Assembly: GCA_963745035.1 (NCBI GenBank) | Contig: CAVUVW010000027.1 | Location: 32,001-96,000, forward strand | Length of the DNA stretch: 64,000 nt | From: an uncultured delta proteobacterium | GTDB taxonomy: Bacteria > Desulfobacterota > Binatia > UBA9968 | Direction of reading: 5' to 3' | Shown here: positions 62,310-64,000 of the stretch, piece by piece | Layout: every line of letters starts with the position of its first letter | How positions within the stretch are numbered: the first letter of the stretch is position 1 | Position numbers and translations under genes: made by a program | The notes under the pieces: model-generated | Seen by the model: only the letters and a program-made list of their open reading frames with translations | Database searches by the model: none | What the model was told of the DNA's origin: nothing

Positions 62310-63200
62310 TTATTTAAAGCCGTACAACGCCGCCGGATTGTCCACCAGGATTTTTTTTTGCAAGCCCGGATCGGGGGCGAACTCGGCGAGAAGATCGACG
62401 AGATCGCCGTCGTTCGGCGTATGGCCGGGCGCGAAATTATTCGAGTGCGGCCAGTCGGTGCCCCAGATGATCCGATCCGGTGCGGCGGCGATCACGGCGC
62501 GGGCGTATGGAACCACTTCCACGAACGGCAGGCCGAAATACGAATGCACTTTCGTGTTGCAAATCTTGTCCGCGCCGCTGACTTTGACCCAGACATGGTT
62601 GAGCGCGGCCAAGTCAAGCAGCAGTTGAAATCCCGGCTGGCTCAATCCTTCGGCCGGCTTCACGCGAGCGATGTGGTCGATCACCACCGGAATCGGCATC
62701 TTGCGGATGCGCCGCTCCTGCTCGATGAGATTTTTCAGGTCGATGTGCAGATCGACCGACCAGCCGAGCCAGGCAATATTCTCGACGCAGCGATCGAGCA
62801 TGTCGAGCGCCACGTTGCCGCGCGGCCGGTCGAGCAGGTTGAAACGCACGCCGCGGATACCGCCGTCGTGGAGACGTTGCAACTCCTCCTTCGAGGTTTT
62901 GTCAGCGATGCGGCCGACGCCGCGAAACCTGCCGCCGGACTGTTTGATCGCGTCGAGCGTTGCCGAATTATCCAGGCCGTGCACGCTTGGCTGCACGACG
63001 ACGGCCCGCGTGATGCTGACGACAGCGATCATCTTGAGATAATGCTCCAGGGGAGCGGCCGGCGGTGTATATTCGTGAGTCGAGACAAACGGAAATTGTT
63101 CCGGCGGGCCGAAGACGTGAAAATGGGTGTCGCAGGAATTCGCCGGCGGGATGAACTTGGGCTTCCGCGTGTTGGGATCCGGCGGGTAGCAATAGGGCAT
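62310..63200 (-). CDS. Amidohydrolase, 2-pyrone-4,6-dicarboxylate lactonase (LigI)-like
   Basis: CDTHFHVFGP, VQPS, GIRGVRFN, IDH and WGTDWPH. Confidence 0.88.
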   Translation of the reverse strand: MPYCYPPDPNTRKPKFIPPANSCDTHFHVFGPPEQFPFVSTHEYTPPAAPLEHYLKMIAVVSITRAVVVQPSVHGLDNSATLDAIKQSGGRFRGVGRIADKTSKEELQRLHDGGIRGVRFNLLDRPRGNVALDMLDRCVENIAWLGWSVDLHIDLKNLIEQERRIRKMPIPVVIDHIARVKPAEGLSQPGFQLLLDLAALNHVWVKVSGADKICNTKVHSYFGLPFVEVVPYARAVIAAAPDRIIWGTDWPHSNNFAPGHTPNDGDLVDLLAEFAPDPGLQKKILVDNPAALYGFK

Positions 63201-63344
63201 CGCTGATTTGCTCCAGGCAATCTTTTAGCCTAGTGAGAAGGCGCTGTCCAACGACGACGAAGCGTTGGAGACGCCTTGATTGTCCGGGCGAGCGGGAGTA
63301 AAAGCGGTTTCGGAGACGAGGTAGATTCGCCGAAGGAGCGCGCG

Positions 63345-64000
63345 ATGGCTAAGTTCCGAATACAATCACACGGCCGTTTGCAGGAGTGGGTTGCGGAAGA
63401 GAAAGGATATTTCAAGGACCAGGGATTGGAGTACGAGTTTCTCGTCAAGCCGATCGTCACCTGGACGGCGGACGTCGAGACCGTCGAGTCGGCGCCGGAA
63501 GATATCCCGCGCGGCGCTTTCGAATCGATCGAAGACGGGCGCGGTTGCAATTTGAGCGCGGCCTGCCATTGGACGGTGAACATGGCCGCCTCCGCGGGTC
63601 ACGGCAAGATGTGGGGCCGGGCCTATTCGGTTTCGCCGTCGGGAATCTTCGTGGCGCCCGACTCGCCGATCCGAAAGCCCGAAGAACTCGCCAACGTGCC
63701 GGTCACCGTCGGCTACCACTCCGGCAGTCACTATTCGACTTTGCAAGGGCTCGAGCAGTTTCTACCGCGCGGCGAAATCAAACTGCACTTCGGCGGTCTA
63801 CTGCTCGACCGGTTGGCGCTGCTCGCCGATCGGCAGGTTCCCGCGGCAAGTCTCTTCGGAGCACCGTTCTACGTCGCCGAACAGCTGGGCTTCAAGAAGA
63901 TCGTCGATACCACTTTCATGATCGGCCATCTGGTTACGGAGCACGCGGATCTCGAACAGGTCGAGCGCTACTTTGAAGCGCTGCGCCGCGCGCAGCACGA
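63345..64000 (+). CDS. NitT/TauT-like substrate-binding-fold protein without signal peptide (partial)
   Basis: MAKFRIQSHGRLQEWVAEEKGYFKDQGLEYEF...VGYHSGSHYST; AAGGAG RBS; open to the window end. Confidence 0.8.
   Translation, partial: MAKFRIQSHGRLQEWVAEEKGYFKDQGLEYEFLVKPIVTWTADVETVESAPEDIPRGAFESIEDGRGCNLSAACHWTVNMAASAGHGKMWGRAYSVSPSGIFVAPDSPIRKPEELANVPVTVGYHSGSHYSTLQGLEQFLPRGEIKLHFGGLLLDRLALLADRQVPAASLFGAPFYVAEQLGFKKIVDTTFMIGHLVTEHADLEQVERYFEALRRAQH

Overview
GC-rich bacterial window. The gene content (many NitT/TauT substrate-binding proteins, amidohydrolases, LLM and VOC enzymes, UbiD) resembles Binatia/Deltaproteobacteria-type genomes; this taxonomy is an inference. About 20 single-base frameshifts split otherwise intact genes, most likely long-read assembly errors. 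From left to right: (i) a xanthine-dehydrogenase-family / cyclic amidohydrolase / GntR locus, divergent from ABC transport genes and a UbiD decarboxylase; (ii) TRAP/TAXI transport, VOC and LLM genes; (iii) a four-gene operon of cupin, strongly remodelled IspH-like [4Fe-4S] protein, 3Cys+Asp [2Fe-2S] ferredoxin and an AhpD-like protein with an in-frame UGA in a CxxU motif and a SECIS-like hairpin (probable selenoprotein), which is the best candidate for an undescribed system; (iv) an orphan integron gene cassette with a canonical 60-bp attC, plus decayed cassette remnants; (v) DegT aminotransferase, beta-propeller/di-heme lipoprotein, alpha/beta hydrolase and carboxyltransferase; (vi) a stress island of small membrane proteins, BON, PRC-barrel, ferritin-like cargo plus Family 1 encapsulin, and a J-protein-dnaK-grpE-cbpA-cbpM-clpB cluster, with sigma54 (-24/-12) motifs in front of five of its transcription units and a sixth at 30.7 kb; (vii) many REP-like palindromic intergenic elements. 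I saw no rRNA, tRNA, CRISPR array, integrase or transposase.
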